In this document: positions 37,285-50,683 of the stretch, one piece after another
Layout of the letters: each line of letters begins with the position of its first letter
How positions within the stretch are numbered: position 1 is the first letter of the stretch
NCBI GenBank assembly: GCA_905178155.1
Contig: CAJINV010000005.1
Location: 3,292,833 to 3,356,832, forward strand
Source: Amoebophrya sp. A120
Lineage: Eukaryota; Protista; Dinoflagellata
Direction of reading: 5' to 3'
Length of the DNA: 64,000 nt
Notes under the pieces: model-generated
The model's input: the letters and a program-made list of their open reading frames with translations, nothing else
The model's database searches: none
Told to the model about the DNA's origin: nothing
Made by a program: the position numbers and the translations under genes

Positions 37285-38631
37285 GTTGGCATTTACGCAA
37301 ATTTTTTTTCCATGCACAAAAGGTAGAGCATTCGCCAAGTGATTTTTTTCTACGGGTTTTGGTTTTTTGCAGCATCTGTGTAATTGGCAAAGTGATAAGT
37401 AAGCTCTTTGCTTTTTTTTTTTGGTGTGGCCCGGGTCCATCCTCGCCGAGGACAAGGTGTCAACCAGGTAGAGGTGGAGCCCTCGCTTCTGCGCGCGCCT
37501 CCAGGTGGAGGCGTGCACCTGAGTAGTCCTCGCTTCCTTTTTGTAAACCCACATGTTGGGCCTTCTTCTTTATTCTCAACCCATTTTCATATACTTTTAG
37601 CAGTGAGAACTCTCTTTGTGCCACCAGACCAGCAGCTATTTCAACAAGGGAGCAGCACGACAGCGACTATGTACGATTCAAATATATCATGAATTCTAAA
37701 TGATCCATGAACTCCGACAAAGCGAGTAGTCAAGAGATGGGAAGTTCCTCTCATTCTACCCCGCTGCTTTTTATATATGGAGCGTACGAATCGCATCGTG
37801 CGTTCCGTATATAAGTAAGCGGTACAGTAGTTTTTCTTTTTTTTGTATGAAGGAACAAGAGAAGGTAAAGCACTCGCACTGTGTGTGCGTTGCTACAACA
37901 CCTTACGTATGATAAAAGACCGTGTGTGTTGCTAATGTATGATAGAACACGCGTCTTCTTTATCTTATTTCACTTTGTAGCTTCAACTTTTTTGCCAAGG
38001 AAACGCATGCTATTGATTTAGTACTGCTGAAGATATGCGCCTTGATCAACATCTAAAAGTTTTAGTAAGAAGTAGGATTAGAAGACCATGAACACTAAAA
38101 CTGATCGTGCTGGCCGTGAGAGGAAAGACGCGACAGGATAGTGGTGAACTATCAGACATCGAGCTCTTTCCTTGTTCTTCGTCGTCGTTCTTCGTCGTTG
38201 ATGAGAACGGACACTACTTGAAAATCAACCAAAAACCGTGGGGGCAAGGGGCCTCGAGAGGGTCCCTGGATGCTGCAGGGGGCCCAGCGAGCCTCGTCCC
38301 TTTAGGAACAATCGACGTCGGTCCAGAGTACAGACAAAGTAGTGACGTCGTCCCCCTCACGCTCAACATTGACAGCGCCGCCGCAGCTCTCATCGTGTTG
38401 AGACGTTCCGTGAATTTGAAGAAAGTGAGTTTCCTGTTTGTTTCTGATCGTCAAAATTGGATGTTCATTTTCTGTTTTTGAACAAAAGAAAAAGGGATCA
38501 GTCCTCACGCGATCTCGTGGTGGTGGGAAAGCAAAGCAGGATGTTGTTTATGCGCTGACCACAGCGACAGTTGTTGTCTTCTACCATAGAAGTATGTATA
38601 CAACAAAATGTGAAAATTACATGACTATACT

Positions 38632-38833
38632 ACTTTCCAGCTTCCGCCATGTGGGTCCCCGTGGGCAGAAGTATCCACACACGCGCCGCGCCCATTTCTA
38701 GCTAGGGACACAAGTAGTCGCTCCTTCTTCATTATCAGCAAACTCTCCACAGACCGTGCTTTCAAATCCATACTCAGTTCGCTATGCTACAGTGCTTTTT
38801 TTTCAAACTTCCCTTTGGGATTTTAGTTTTCAA
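38632..38833 (+). mobile_element. 202-bp SINE-like insertion with TATACT duplication
   Basis: Absent at the paralogous site ATGACTATACTGCCCTG (26991-27007). A 3' fragment of it recurs at 30665-30718 plus 31882-31888. Confidence 0.75.
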
Positions 38834-39581
38834 TATACTGCCCTGCTTCACACTCCTATGTCGCTCCGAGAATGCCTCCTGCCGTAAAAATTGCATCTTC
38901 TTGAAATAAAGCTAAGCCAAGCCCAAGAAGCCAACCCTGATTGTTGTAACAGAAAAAATGCATTGTTAAAGCCAAAAACAAAATCCAGGATTGATCCTAT
39001 GAAAAAAGTGCAAAAATATATATACCAGCACGACGATCTAGCAGGCTCAAACAGAATGAAGCACGACGCGCCATGTTGCGTGGAGCAACTCACTCCTGCG
39101 CAAAGTTCTGAAAATTCTGAAGAAAGTTGTAATGTTGCTCAACAAGAAACAAATTGAAATTACTAGATCGATCAGCAGAAATCGATAGGTCACCAGGATC
39201 TTTGTGTACCAGATGATCTAGTTGTCTGTTCTCCTGCTTTCGGCGCACGGTCTATAATTTTAGAAGTTCAAGTTTCCTGTTCTTATTCGCACATTGTATC
39301 GCAAGAAACAACGACTTCGCGGTTCTTTCACAAATCGAATTTGCCCATAAATTGATGCAGTGACCACCTGACAACATTAGTACGCAAAGGATTTGATCGC
39401 TTCTATTTTTCGCGATTTTTGCTTCATCTCTTCGCGATTTCTGCGTGCGCCTTAAGTCTTACCTTGCTCCTGTGTAATTTGTATGCTTATTTTCGTCATT
39501 TTTTTTGGATGTGTATGATAAGTTAAAGAAGAATCAATCACATTCTTCTATTGTTCATTTTTCCGTGGGAGATTTCCTTTT

Positions 39582-42390
39582 ATGATTTTGGATCGATACA
39601 CCGAGCCAACCCGTAGCAAAATGAGCATCTCTGAGGTGGAGGAGGAGTGCCTCCTCGTCGGGCACACTAGTAACGGGAAAGAAGTACGAGCGGAAGTGGA
39701 AAAAACGGCACTGGCAGAAGATGTCGCGGGACCATCGGAAGTAGATAATGCCGGAGCTGCAACAGGGTCGTCGGGCTCGGAGGCGTCAGCAACAGCAACG
39801 GCATCAACTTCATCTGCTTCATGCCTCCTGAGGTGGAGCCCCTCGCTGATTATCACTATCCTGTCGATCCTGGTCGGCATTTTTGCGGTCCTGGTTGTGT
39901 CTTTTGCGGTAATGTGGGGCCAAGAGCGAACCGAAGTCGAGACTTTGCATGCAGAAAAAGCCGAGCTCTTGGAGAGGATAAGCAAGAGCCCGGTAGTATC
40001 CTGTGTAAAAACTTTCCCACCCCAAATTTGTCATGCAGACCTGCATGCTTGAAATGTTTTCCATGCGGAGACCCATGAGAAGCTTTTTCTAGTTGTGTTT
40101 TGAGATTTGTGATGCTCAAATCAGCACGACAAACTGGATCTGTGCTGCTGCTGCACTAGCTAAACACGACTACATCACGGGCCCAAATTTGTCATGTACA
40201 ACGGCCAAAGCTTGGTGATTTGTGTACTTAGCAGATTTCCCATCTTGGCTATGGGCGGGTGGGGACGTTTTTACATAGGATAGGTACGCGTTACTCCGCG
40301 CGACCACGACGACCCTATGGCTTCTTCTAGTCCTCGTCACGATAATCGTATGCAAAGAAAAAAGTAAAGTGTTACTGTTACATTTATATTTGAATACACA
40401 TTGTGTTGCGCAAGGCCAAGCAAGCAGACAGCTCCGTGGTCATGCCGGAAGATTATATTACGCTCAGGAGTGGAGCCTAGCTTCATATGGGTTTATTTCC
40501 CAATATCATCTCGTCATTCTTTTTCTTGCAAGTTTTCTATTGTTGCTGAACTTGTTGCAAGAACAAATGTGTATGTAACTGTACATATAACACCTTTTTC
40601 TTGGGATAGATTCTGTTCCTGCGCCGTCTGATGGACTTCCTCCGGTTGTTGGACCAGATCGAAGTGCAGGTGGTCCCCCTGCGGCTGCGCTTGCTCCGGC
40701 GACCGTGGCCAATATGAATCAGCAGAACCTAGGCCCGCGAGCGCAACACCAACAGCCACCCGACAACGCGCATTGTCTAAACCCAAACTTTCATTCAGCC
40801 TCCGGCAACGATGGCAGTGGCGGGGGCGGCTCCGTGGCTCCGCAACCAAAGACCGTGCCTTGGCCTTGGCCGCCGTCTGTACAGGCCGGCACGAACATGC
40901 AAGGCCCGGCTTGGGGCGAAACATTTGGTGGGGTTCCCTTCTCCGGCCACATTCCCTACGACGTACCGAAACACATGGTAGAGCCCTTCAAAGCCGACGA
41001 GGGCCCGATGAACAAGAAGCGGGTTGCCACCTGTCTTACGGGCGGGCTGCGGTCCTTCATCTTGCCGAATGTGTACAAGAGTCTTGGGGATAAGCTGATT
41101 GGCAGTCTGACGGAAGCGCGGATTGCGGCCGGCGATGCGGATGCGAAGGTTGACGTTTTTTTCATCGGGTCGCTCACTCCCGCGGCCGGAAACCATCTCT
41201 CCCAGGTCCTCCTCTCCCAAGCCGACGCTCCGTCGACAGAGGACGACCCCCGCGTGCAGGCAGGCTTGGACTACTTGAAGTCCAAGCTGCGACCCAAGGA
41301 GTTCGCGAAGCAGCGATTTGTGCGGGATAGCAACTGTGCGGAGCTAGCGAAAGTACTGCACGACCAGGGCCGGCTCCCGAGAAACGCGGACGGTTCGCTT
41401 CCCGAGCTACCGGACACACTCTGCAATGGTCGGTCCTGGATTGGCCAACCTGCGGGCAACGGGGCGTTTTTCATGCAGGCAATGTGGATCGACGCATGTT
41501 TTGAGGATGTGAAGCAGTACGCGGCGAGCCACAACCTCACCTACGACCTGGTGGTGCGCGCGCGACCGGATCTTGGGTTCCTGGAGCCGTTAGACTGGCA
41601 GGTATGCTGAGAAGAAACTGACACGCCAGCAGTTGCGCGTTTTTTGTAAGTAAAGAACTTCAGCGACCACACAATTATAATAGCTATGGACTCTCTGCGT
41701 CTGCGTGACAGAGAAAGCCAAATCCTGCAATTCAGAGATGATACGTAAGAAGTGCTTACGGATATATAGAAAACCGAAAACATAAACATGAACATCACGT
41801 ATGAAGCGAGTCCCCTGCTGCTGAGCATATCACGCATGTCGACGGAGCTTGTCTGTAGTCTAGCTTGATCTGCAACACGTGATATATCGCGTGTCAGTGC
41901 AACGTTTTTTTTCTTTGCATAGCAGGGCACAGGAACCGACTACCCGCTCGCCCGGGATTACTTGACCCACCCGGCCCGCTCTCCCGACCCCAATTCGGTG
42001 CGGGGGTGGGACTATTTTTGGACCATGCCCTTCAGCCTGCTGCAGCAATATCAGGCCGGCGTAACGGGGTGGTATACGAAAAGGGAACCCGCGACTGGTT
42101 TGTCTTTGTGGTCGGATAACCAGAACGGGAAGCTTCCACATCCGGACAGGAATATGTTTCTCTACTTCGCCACCGTGTCGGTAAAGCGGCAGCTTCCAAT
42201 GGTGCTCGTCCGGAGTGCGAGTGTCTGGCACAGGGCCTGCCTCACTAGGTACCAACATAACCACTTTTTCGGACCGGTCTCCGCGCGCCTCCTACAAAAA
42301 GCAGAGCAAGCAGCGGCGGCAGCTTGGTGGGGCAGTAGTACGACCGCGCTGCCACCCTGGCAGGTTGTGGGACAAGGACAATCTGCATAA
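39582..42390 (+). CDS. Type II membrane putative glycosyltransferase-like protein, copy 2
   Basis: Near-identical paralogue of 33486-36330 with the same intron positions and the same introner (39997-40282). Confidence 0.65.
39997..40282. mobile_element. Introner, family D (paralogous to 33904)
   Basis: Same site in the duplicated gene, with flanks GGTAG/GGTAC. Confidence 0.9.
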
Positions 42391-44539
42391 AGGCTATGGG
42401 CGGCAATATGGATAAGTACGGTGGCGAGCGCGAGACACCATGACCGTGTTAAGGTTGTGGTCTGCCTTCTCGGTCGAAGTTCAATTATTTGCGACGTTTT
42501 TTTGAATCCATTAGTTCGCTAGAAGAGCAGTGGCTCGTCGGTCCGGCGAGCGATGGCCTCTTGTTTCGACTCGCATTCTTGGACCCAATCTGCGAATAAA
42601 GAAAGCAAACTGGGGCCACGCATCTCTATCATAAGTGCTAATTTTTTTTTTCCATGTTGGCATTTACGCAAGTTTTTTATTCCATGCACAAAAGGTAGAG
42701 GATTCGCCAAGTGAATTTTTTCTACCGGTTTTGGTTTTTCGCAGCATCTGTATAATTCGGCAAAGTGATAAGTCAGCTCTTTGCTTTTTTTTTGGTGTGG
42801 CCCGGGTCCATCCTCGGGGAAGCTCGGACAAGGCGTCAACCAGGTAGAGGTGGAGCCCTAGCTTCTGCGCGCGCCTCCAGGTGGAGGCGTGCACCTGAGT
42901 AGTTCTCGTTTCCTTATTGTAAAAGCCACATGTTGGGCCTTTTTGTTTATTCTGAACCCATTTTGCATTTTCATATACTTTTAGCAGTGAGAACTCTCTT
43001 TGTGCCACCAGACCAGCAGTTATTTCAACAAGGGACGACGAGTAGCACGACAGCGACATATATCATGAACTCCAATGATCCATACTCTTACTTTTAGCTT
43101 GCAACGTAAATTAAGTATTTTTCTTTGCAGGAGGCACGACAGCGACTGTGTACGATTCACATATATCATTATCTTCTGAACTCTAGTGCGCAACACCATA
43201 TATCGTTTTTCTTTTTTCTTTTAGTTTTGCACAGAACAAAAGGGTTTTCGTTACTCTTACTTTTTTACCTTGACGCTTCCTGCTCAAGTCCGGAGCAGAA
43301 AGAAGGGGACAAGACTCTGGAAGGGGACCACGAGAGATTCCTATCAAAATGAACTATATCACTTGCACTCGTAGTCTACGCAGATGATGAACATCATCTA
43401 GAGCAACAGCAAATTCAGCATCGACGTGTCGGGTCTATTACTTCAGACAGTGAGCAAATTGTAATGGGATGGCGCGTTAGAAATATTGACGTGCTGTTCT
43501 CACACGACTGCTGGGAAGCAGTAAAGTGAAAGGATCTACTACGCTTTTTTCTTGTTCCAATCGATCATCGTGTTGAGACGTTACGTAATACAACAGCATG
43601 ATCTTCTGCTGGACCCTGAAGTAGATCATGAACAGAAACAGGCCAGAACAGCAGTTGGACAAAGACTATAGATACGAAGGATTTCATCATTTTCAGCATG
43701 TCAAATGACGCCAGGCACCAAAAATTCAGAGCTTGTTGATGTCGGTGGAGGAGGTGGAATTATAGATACGAGTTTCAATTTATTTAAATACTAGACGAGC
43801 TGAGGAGTCGTGGTCGCAGCGCGACCCCAATGAAAGTTTTTAAAACATTTTTTAACATTTGACGATCAACAAAAATCCACCAAATCGCTTCCGGATCAAC
43901 ATATCCCAAGATGAAAATACCACGGAAACTACACGAACGAAGACCAGATCCGGATCGGATCGAAAAAATGCACCTTGAGTTGGATCTCGAGCCATTCCCC
44001 CTCTGCCACAGTGTTGAGGTAATATTGTGCTCCGGAAAAATGGACAAGGTCACGATCACGATCTCACTTTTGAAATCGACTTATAAGTACGAAGGTGTAA
44101 GTACGGATTGTTGGTGCAGATTCTCCAGTATAAGTACCTACAAATAAGAATTCCTCCATTTGAAGATCCAGCGACAAAGAAATAGAAATAGGATACATTC
44201 TGCTCAAGAACGAGATTGATGTTGCATTTGGACACACGACCTAGACACGACAAGTTCTACTTCATCGCTCGTACCTTGCAGCTCTGGGGGAAGTAGTGGC
44301 AGTCTAAAGCATTGCTCAACATTGTTGAGCGACGTAAAGAACTACAAAGGAAAAATAGCTACAGACCTAATATTTGTAAGTGCATGTGAAGTGTAGTCTC
44401 TGCTGCCGGGTCGGTGATAGAAATAAGGTTGTTCCAAGAAAGTGAAAGACGACAATCTGGAATGCAGCAACGGCCGTAAATAATTATAATTATAGCTCGG
44501 ACCACCACTACTACAACAAAATCAAAAATCCTCACGACC

Positions 44540-47500
44540 ATGGCTCCGCGCGATCTGTTCGCCCAGTTGCCGGAGGATGATATGCTGCTCGGCGGGGCCG
44601 ACTCCGACGCAGAGGGCTTTGATGCCGAAGACGAAGAAGACGACTTTTTAGAATTCAATGGCGCCGGCGGCGGTGAAGATCTTCATGACGGCTTAGGCTT
44701 TGCGGGGTTGTTCAACAACAACGCAAAGAGGAAGAAACCTAGTAGCGATGGTGTCGCATCAAGCACGAGAACTGGTACGAAGAAGATGAACACCAATTCC
44801 TTCTCATCTTCTTCGAAAAGAAAAAGGGACGAGGAGCAAGACGATGATCATGATTTATTCTCCGAAGAGTCGCAGCAGTCCTGTTTATCTTCGAGCGAGG
44901 AGGAAGGACTAGGACACGACGACGATGATGTCGCTCTTGCTAGAACTACGAGTGGTCCTCGTCGCAAAAGTACTAGACAACTGGGCAACTGGGACTACAT
45001 TTCTGGCGGCGTTCTGAAGGAGCAGCAAGACGCCGGCGACTCGCTGGCCGTGAAGATTAAAAGGCGGTTGGAGATGAAAGCAGCGGAAGAGTTGGAGGAG
45101 TTGATGCCGGCCGAGGAAAATGAAGAAGATGAAGAACCTGTACTAGATGATAAAACTCCTCGTGCGGAAACCGAAACAAGCTGCGACCACGCAGTCGAAG
45201 ATGACGGCCAGCCAGGAGAAGAACACGACAGCGGCGGCAAAACGTCTCGCGCACCTGCCACGAAGAAGAAGAGCACGACGGGCGGCGGCGCGGCAAAGGA
45301 GGCGTCAATAAATTGTCGTTCTTCATCGCAAGAGACAAAAGCAAAAAATGCACCTAGTACAACAACTGCGAGAAGAACTTCAGCTACGTGGTTGTCAACG
45401 CAAGACCAACAGCAGGCTCCAACGTCGACCTTGTTCGGCGACCTGGATCTGTCTCGCCCCTTTTTGAAGGCGCTGCAGGAAATGAAGTTCTACGAGGCAA
45501 CGGCCATCCAGCGGGACTGCATCCCGGCGGCGATCAAGGGGCACGACTTGCTCGCGACGGCAGAGACGGGGAGTGGGAAGACGGCGGCCTTTCTGCTGCC
45601 CACGCTGGAACGAATCTCAAGGTCGCCGCACGTGGCCTCAAGAAAGCGGGTTTTTGTGTCGAAGGAAAAGGGATACAAGGTATAGAATACATAGTACGAG
45701 ATTGCTGATTGCGATCATCATCATCATGAGAAATAAATGAGCTTATCATTTACACTATTAAAACAGTCGCTACAGCAGCCTTCATGCGACGTGGCACATA
45801 TCCCAATGAAGAAAGCTCCTCTACTGCGGGCTGTTGGCGCGCTCAAGTAGTAAATAAAAAAGCACGTACATACAATATTTCGGAACCGCGTTTATTTCAC
45901 CGAAAAATAAGATGAAAACAAGGTACGGAATAAAATGAATGAAACTAAATCAGATACAAACCGGTCGCGTTGCCACCAAGGCGTTGATTCTGTTGCCCAC
46001 CCGCGAATTGGCGACCCAGTGCTACAGCATGTTGCAAGGTATCGCGAAGTACTCGCTCGTGACCTCGTCCCTGATCGCCGGCGGCTTTTCGCAGCAGGAG
46101 CAGGCGACGAATTTGAAGCACCAGCCGGACATTCTGATCTGCACGCCGGGCATATCAAATGTAAAAATGTCTGGGTCTGGAAGATTCCGATATTTGTTAT
46201 GCAGTTTCTCCAAGCTCGACCAAGTCTGGAATGCAGGGCCTAGCATCACAGGATCTGCAGCCCCTTTGTGATGCCTGTTCTGCATGAGAAATGCCCCCTC
46301 AGCATGGAACTGCGTTTCTGCATGTGTTGCGTGTTCCTGTTCCGACCATGTGTCCTAGATCCTCTCCTCATGCGTCCTTCTCGATCTGCGCGCGCTCCAC
46401 ACACACTTCAATGATCACAGTAGTTAGACCTTAGTAGGGGCGAGAGATCCTTACATAATGTTTACTAACGTGAGGAGAAAACCTCCAAAAAAAACCTTCA
46501 CCTTTTTTTTTGTTAGCGCTAGCTTTACTACCCTTGTAGAATTTAGACGCCGCCCCATACATACCGCGTCGCCTTTGTCGCCCTTTGCTGGTTTTCCTTT
46601 TTTTTGTACGGCAGCTGCTTTTTTATTTTTTTGTGGCGGGCCGGAGATCCTTTTGCGTAGGGCCCCTAAAGTGGGCAAATGGATCATGAAGAAATACACT
46701 CATGAAATGGCGCGACCGGAAAGTGGAAAAGAAGACATAGGGGGGAAAAGTAGACGCATGAAAGAGAAGACGCGGGGGGCACAGAAGAAAAGGGGTGCGG
46801 GGCACAAAGAAAAAAAACAGAAGAGATGGGCGGGGGCATGGGCTAAAGAACAAAAAGACAAAAACTGCAAAGGTCTGGGAGTTTGCATGTCGCTAGGCCT
46901 AGGTTTATTGGCAAAGTGGTGACTGGGTTGCTAATTTAAAGACTGCGCTAAAGCAGCACCCCCCTTCCCCAAGGGGTCCCCCCAGGGCGGGCGCGATGGC
47001 GGCTCCGAGTAGGCGGAGCCCTGGGGCCCGATTCTTCGGAAACGCATGAAAAAGGTGCGCGGAGTAAGGTCGGCTAAAGTGCCTGAAAGGGGTACGCCTC
47101 GGGGTTGTCCGTCATCGTGATAGGATCATCGGGTATGATCAGTAGACCCCCTGTATATTTTTTTAGCGCGCAACCGGCCACAAGTGTAAGACTCTGATCA
47201 AGTTTGTAAGACTAACCCTTCAAGGCCACACCGAAGCTCCACCTTGCTCGCGGGCTTGGATGGTAAGGGGGTTCTGCCACACGTAGCGCCCACTGGTCGT
47301 AGTTACGCGTAAGCAATCGATAGCGGTTTTGCGGCTGCGGTCGGGTGGTAGTTAGGAAGTGGATCGGGTATCCACCTAGGGGTATCGGCAGAGGCTAAAT
47401 CTGTCCTAACGCCCAGGTATTGGCAGAGGCTAAATCTGTTCTAACGCCAACCCGCCAGGAGTTAAATGGTTACTACTACTACTAGCATGTCCAGAAATGA

Positions 47501-50034
47501 GCACCTTTTGCAAGTCACGCAACACAGATTTTTGTATGATGCGCAACATGCATCACAAGTTGCATCGTTCCAGACCCAGACATTTTTGCATTTGATAGGG
47601 CAGAATCTTGGACCACTTACTGAACACCCAATCCGTATGGAAGCGTCAGGTTTGAAATCCTCAAAGTTGAATAAATAATTTGTAATGCATAAAATGCGAA
47701 GATACAAAAAGTGACTCTATTGCAGAGGACCCAAGGGAGGCAGATTATAGTCCTGGCAAGGGTCAAAAGTTGGACTACTATCTAGCATGACAGAAGGCAG
47801 CTCTTTTGCCCTAAACCGCATGACAGACTCGCTTCCAGGACCGGGAAAATTTGCCATGCACCGACTACAAACTGCAGGCCTAACTGGCATCCATTTTATG
47901 CATGGCAAATTATTTTTTCAACTTTGTCGATTTCAAACCTGACACTCCCATAATCCGTGCACTTGGAAATGCTTGAAATCGTGGTTTTCGACGAGGCAGA
48001 TCGGCTGTTAGAGATGGGATTTCGGGACGAGTACAATTTCAACTTCATCGCAATCATGCTTTGTTTTTTCAGCATAGAAGTCGCGCGCGTGCCAGACTTT
48101 CACTGATTCGATTCGCACCTTCAAGCTAGTACAAAGTTACTGTTAAAGTTAGATAAAGTTAACGAAGGACGCCTTAGAAGTTGCACAGCGCTTCGTCGTG
48201 CATCATGATGAGAAAAGAAACACTACCAAGATGATACGACTTTTACGTGCGTCAGGAAGAAACATTGCCTACAATAACAATACCGATACCCCACAACTAA
48301 AAACTCGTCCAGGTGCAAGGAAGTGCTGCGTCGGTGTTCGCACGGGCGCCAGACGCTTCTTTTTTCCGCCACCTGGAACACATATGGATGTGTCAGGATT
48401 GAAACCGACAAAGCTGAAATAACTTGCAATGCATAAAATGGATGAAAGTTGTGACCTAGTTTCCCAGTGGCGCATGACAAATTTGGGTAGAGCCGAAATC
48501 CAGTGCGTCATGCTGTTTGGGTAAGGAAGACGCCTGCTGTCTTGCTATTTTAGTAGCTCAGTCTCTACCCCTCAACAGGCTTACAATCTGCCTCACTTGC
48601 CTACTCTGCAAGACAGCCACTTTGTGGGCTGCATTTGTCTTGGTATTTTAGGTGCATTTTATGCATGACAAACTATTTCAACTTTGACGATTTCAAACCT
48701 GGCGCTTCCATAACACAGACGTCCAGGATCTCGCCTCCGTGGCGCTGAACAAGCCGCTTCGCATCGAGGCGAGCCAGACCAACAAGGTCGCCCGCACGCT
48801 GCAGCAGGAGTTTGTCGCGGTGCCGGAGGAGTCGAAGCGGGAGGCGACGTTGCTGCACCTGTGTAAAAACACGTATAAGAACAAGGGCGTGATCATTTTT
48901 TTCCAGACGAAGAAGCAGTGCCACCGCATGGCGATTTTGTTCGGGTTGATGAAGCTCAACTTCGCGGAACTCCACGGGAATCTGTCGCAGACGGAACGGT
49001 GTGAGAACGTGTCGAGGTTTCAAAACAACGAAATCTCCTATTTACTCGCGACCGACCTCGCGGCTCGGGGTTTGGATTTGCGGAACGTCGAGTGCGTGAT
49101 AAATTTCGAGGTGCCCAACGAGGACGCGAAGTACATACACCGGTGCGGACGAACCGCGCGCATGGGCCGGACCGGGCAGTTATGCAAGAAAAAAACTGTG
49201 TAAGTGTAACTCTGTAATGCGGAACATGCAAGAGAGTTATGCCTGTCATGCCAGACAGCCACGAAGTCCTCTTTCCAGGTGTGTATTCCCTTACAAGCCA
49301 CGCATGACAGGTTTGTCATGTAGAGCAAATCTGTGATGCTGTCAGCCAAACAAAGAAAGTTACACTAACACAGTTTTTTTCTTGGATAGCAGTCCGTCAC
49401 GTTGCACTGCGGTCAGGAGGAGTACAGACGAGTGAAGAAGTTGGCGAAATTGTGCGCGAAAAAGGTCAACAGCAGTTCATCCACTGGGGAGGGAGTGGAC
49501 GACAAGAATTGTGACGCTTCATCTTCTCCTGCGTCGGTTGTAACCAAGCGCAGCATCGACGAGTCCGCTTTGGACAAATTGGAATGGCAGATCAACCGGT
49601 TTCAACAGGACGTCGTCGAGGTGCTCGAAGAAGAGAAAACGGAGCGGGAGTTGCGACTCGCCTCCGTGGAGTTGAGCAAGGCCGAGAACCTCGAGAAACA
49701 CAAAGACGAGATCGCGGCCCGGCCGAAAAAGGTGTGGCGGCTGACCAACAACGAGAAGCAGAAGCAGCGGGAGAACGAGAAGGAGATAAGAATGGCCCTG
49801 GAAAAGGACTCGAAGAAGGAATCGCGAAAGCAAAAGCGGATGCGGATGGACAAGGAAATGATGCAGAAGCAGAACGTCGCGAAACAAAAAATCGCGAAAC
49901 GAAAAACGACCAGAGCAGCTGCTGCGAATGGAGGTTCTGGTGCCACCTCTGGTGGTGCCTCGGGGATGATAGGAGGAAACAAGAAGAAACCCGTTGCGAA
50001 GGGGAAAGGAGGAAAGAAAAATTCGCGGAAGTGA
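44540..50034 (+). CDS. DDX27: DEAD-box RNA helicase DDX27/Drs1 (60S ribosome biogenesis)
   Basis: Exons 44540-45679, 45954-46152, 47603-47635, 47958-48030, 48313-48382, 48718-49180 and 49394-50034. Motifs: Q motif (ATAIQ), AETGSGKT, PTRELA, GG, TPGR, DEAD, SAT, LHG, TDLAARGLD and HRCGRTAR. The acidic N-terminus and RPKKVW coiled-coil tail fit Drs1. Confidence 0.88.
46153..47597. mobile_element. Introner, family A, expanded by a 1.18-kb nested insertion
   Basis: Family A IRs with exact DR GGGCA. Removal rebuilds DEAD-box motif Ib, TPGR. Confidence 0.95.
46307..47483 (+). mobile_element. Retroposon-like insertion nested in an introner
   Basis: Flanked by AGCATG on both sides and ends in a (TAC)4 tail. 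The host sequence is uninterrupted in the related element at 61375 (reverse strand). Confidence 0.75.
47636..47952. mobile_element. Introner, family B
   Basis: TATGGAAGCGTCAGGTTTGAAATC...GATTTCAAACCTGACACTCCCATA with exact DR ATCCG. Removal leads in frame into VVFDEAD. Confidence 0.95.
48383..48712. mobile_element. Introner, family B
   Basis: Family B IRs with exact DR ACACA. Joins FSATWNT-DVQDLA. Confidence 0.95.
49181..49388. mobile_element. Introner, family C
   Basis: TATGCAAGAAAAAAACTGTGT...ACACAGTTTTTTTCTTGGATA with exact DR GCAGT. Joins GRTGQ-SVTL. Confidence 0.95.
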
Positions 50035-50683
50035 TTTTTAGGCGGGACCCCGGGGAATTATAGATCGTGCTCGTGTGCAGCTTGGTTGTTGCATTTGCGG
50101 ACAAACAAGCTTCAACTTGTAGCTCTAGGAGCAGAACAAGCACAATGCGCTTCGGCAAGAAAAAGCGGAAACTTAGAGCTCGCGCCTGCGTTTTATTGTG
50201 TGCTGATGTGCATCAACTATCACTATGTAAAGGAAATCATGAGTGGTCTGCTTTCGACACATACAAAAGTGTTCGGCATCGAGGCTCGCCTTCGACGTAT
50301 CTACGTACGAGGTGATGTTCATCTTTATGGTCTTATTTTGCCGTGTGACAATAATGTCCCAAAGGTCCACGTTCATCTGTCTGTTGCTGTATTCGAGAGA
50401 TGGAGCGTCAACAAGAGTGTGTGGCCACAGAATCCGTAGTAGTTCTTCAGTGCTGTCACGGACAAGTATATGTATAACGGTGGGAGTACGCGCTTCGGAC
50501 GCGGCCCGTCCCGTTGTGCGGCATAATTTGATTTGCACCAACATTTGATGACAAGAAAACTGTCTTGGAACTGAGAAAAACAGTAAGTAACAACTACTTT
50601 CGTGGTCTCTTCGAGTACTAATTTCTTCACACAAGAACAACGCTTCCTCACCGGAAAGAACAAAGCTACCAGACCACATCAAG

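Larger units (their letters stand above)
38410..43080 (+). repeat. Segmental duplication of 26814-27661 plus about 33412-37690
   Basis: Colinear high identity over intergenic DNA, exons, introns and the introner. Confidence 0.9.

Noticed and set aside
38107-38481. 124-aa ORF upstream of the duplicated block
   Set aside because: No recognisable domain or supported exon links, and its 3' part overlaps sequence that is intergenic in the paralogue.
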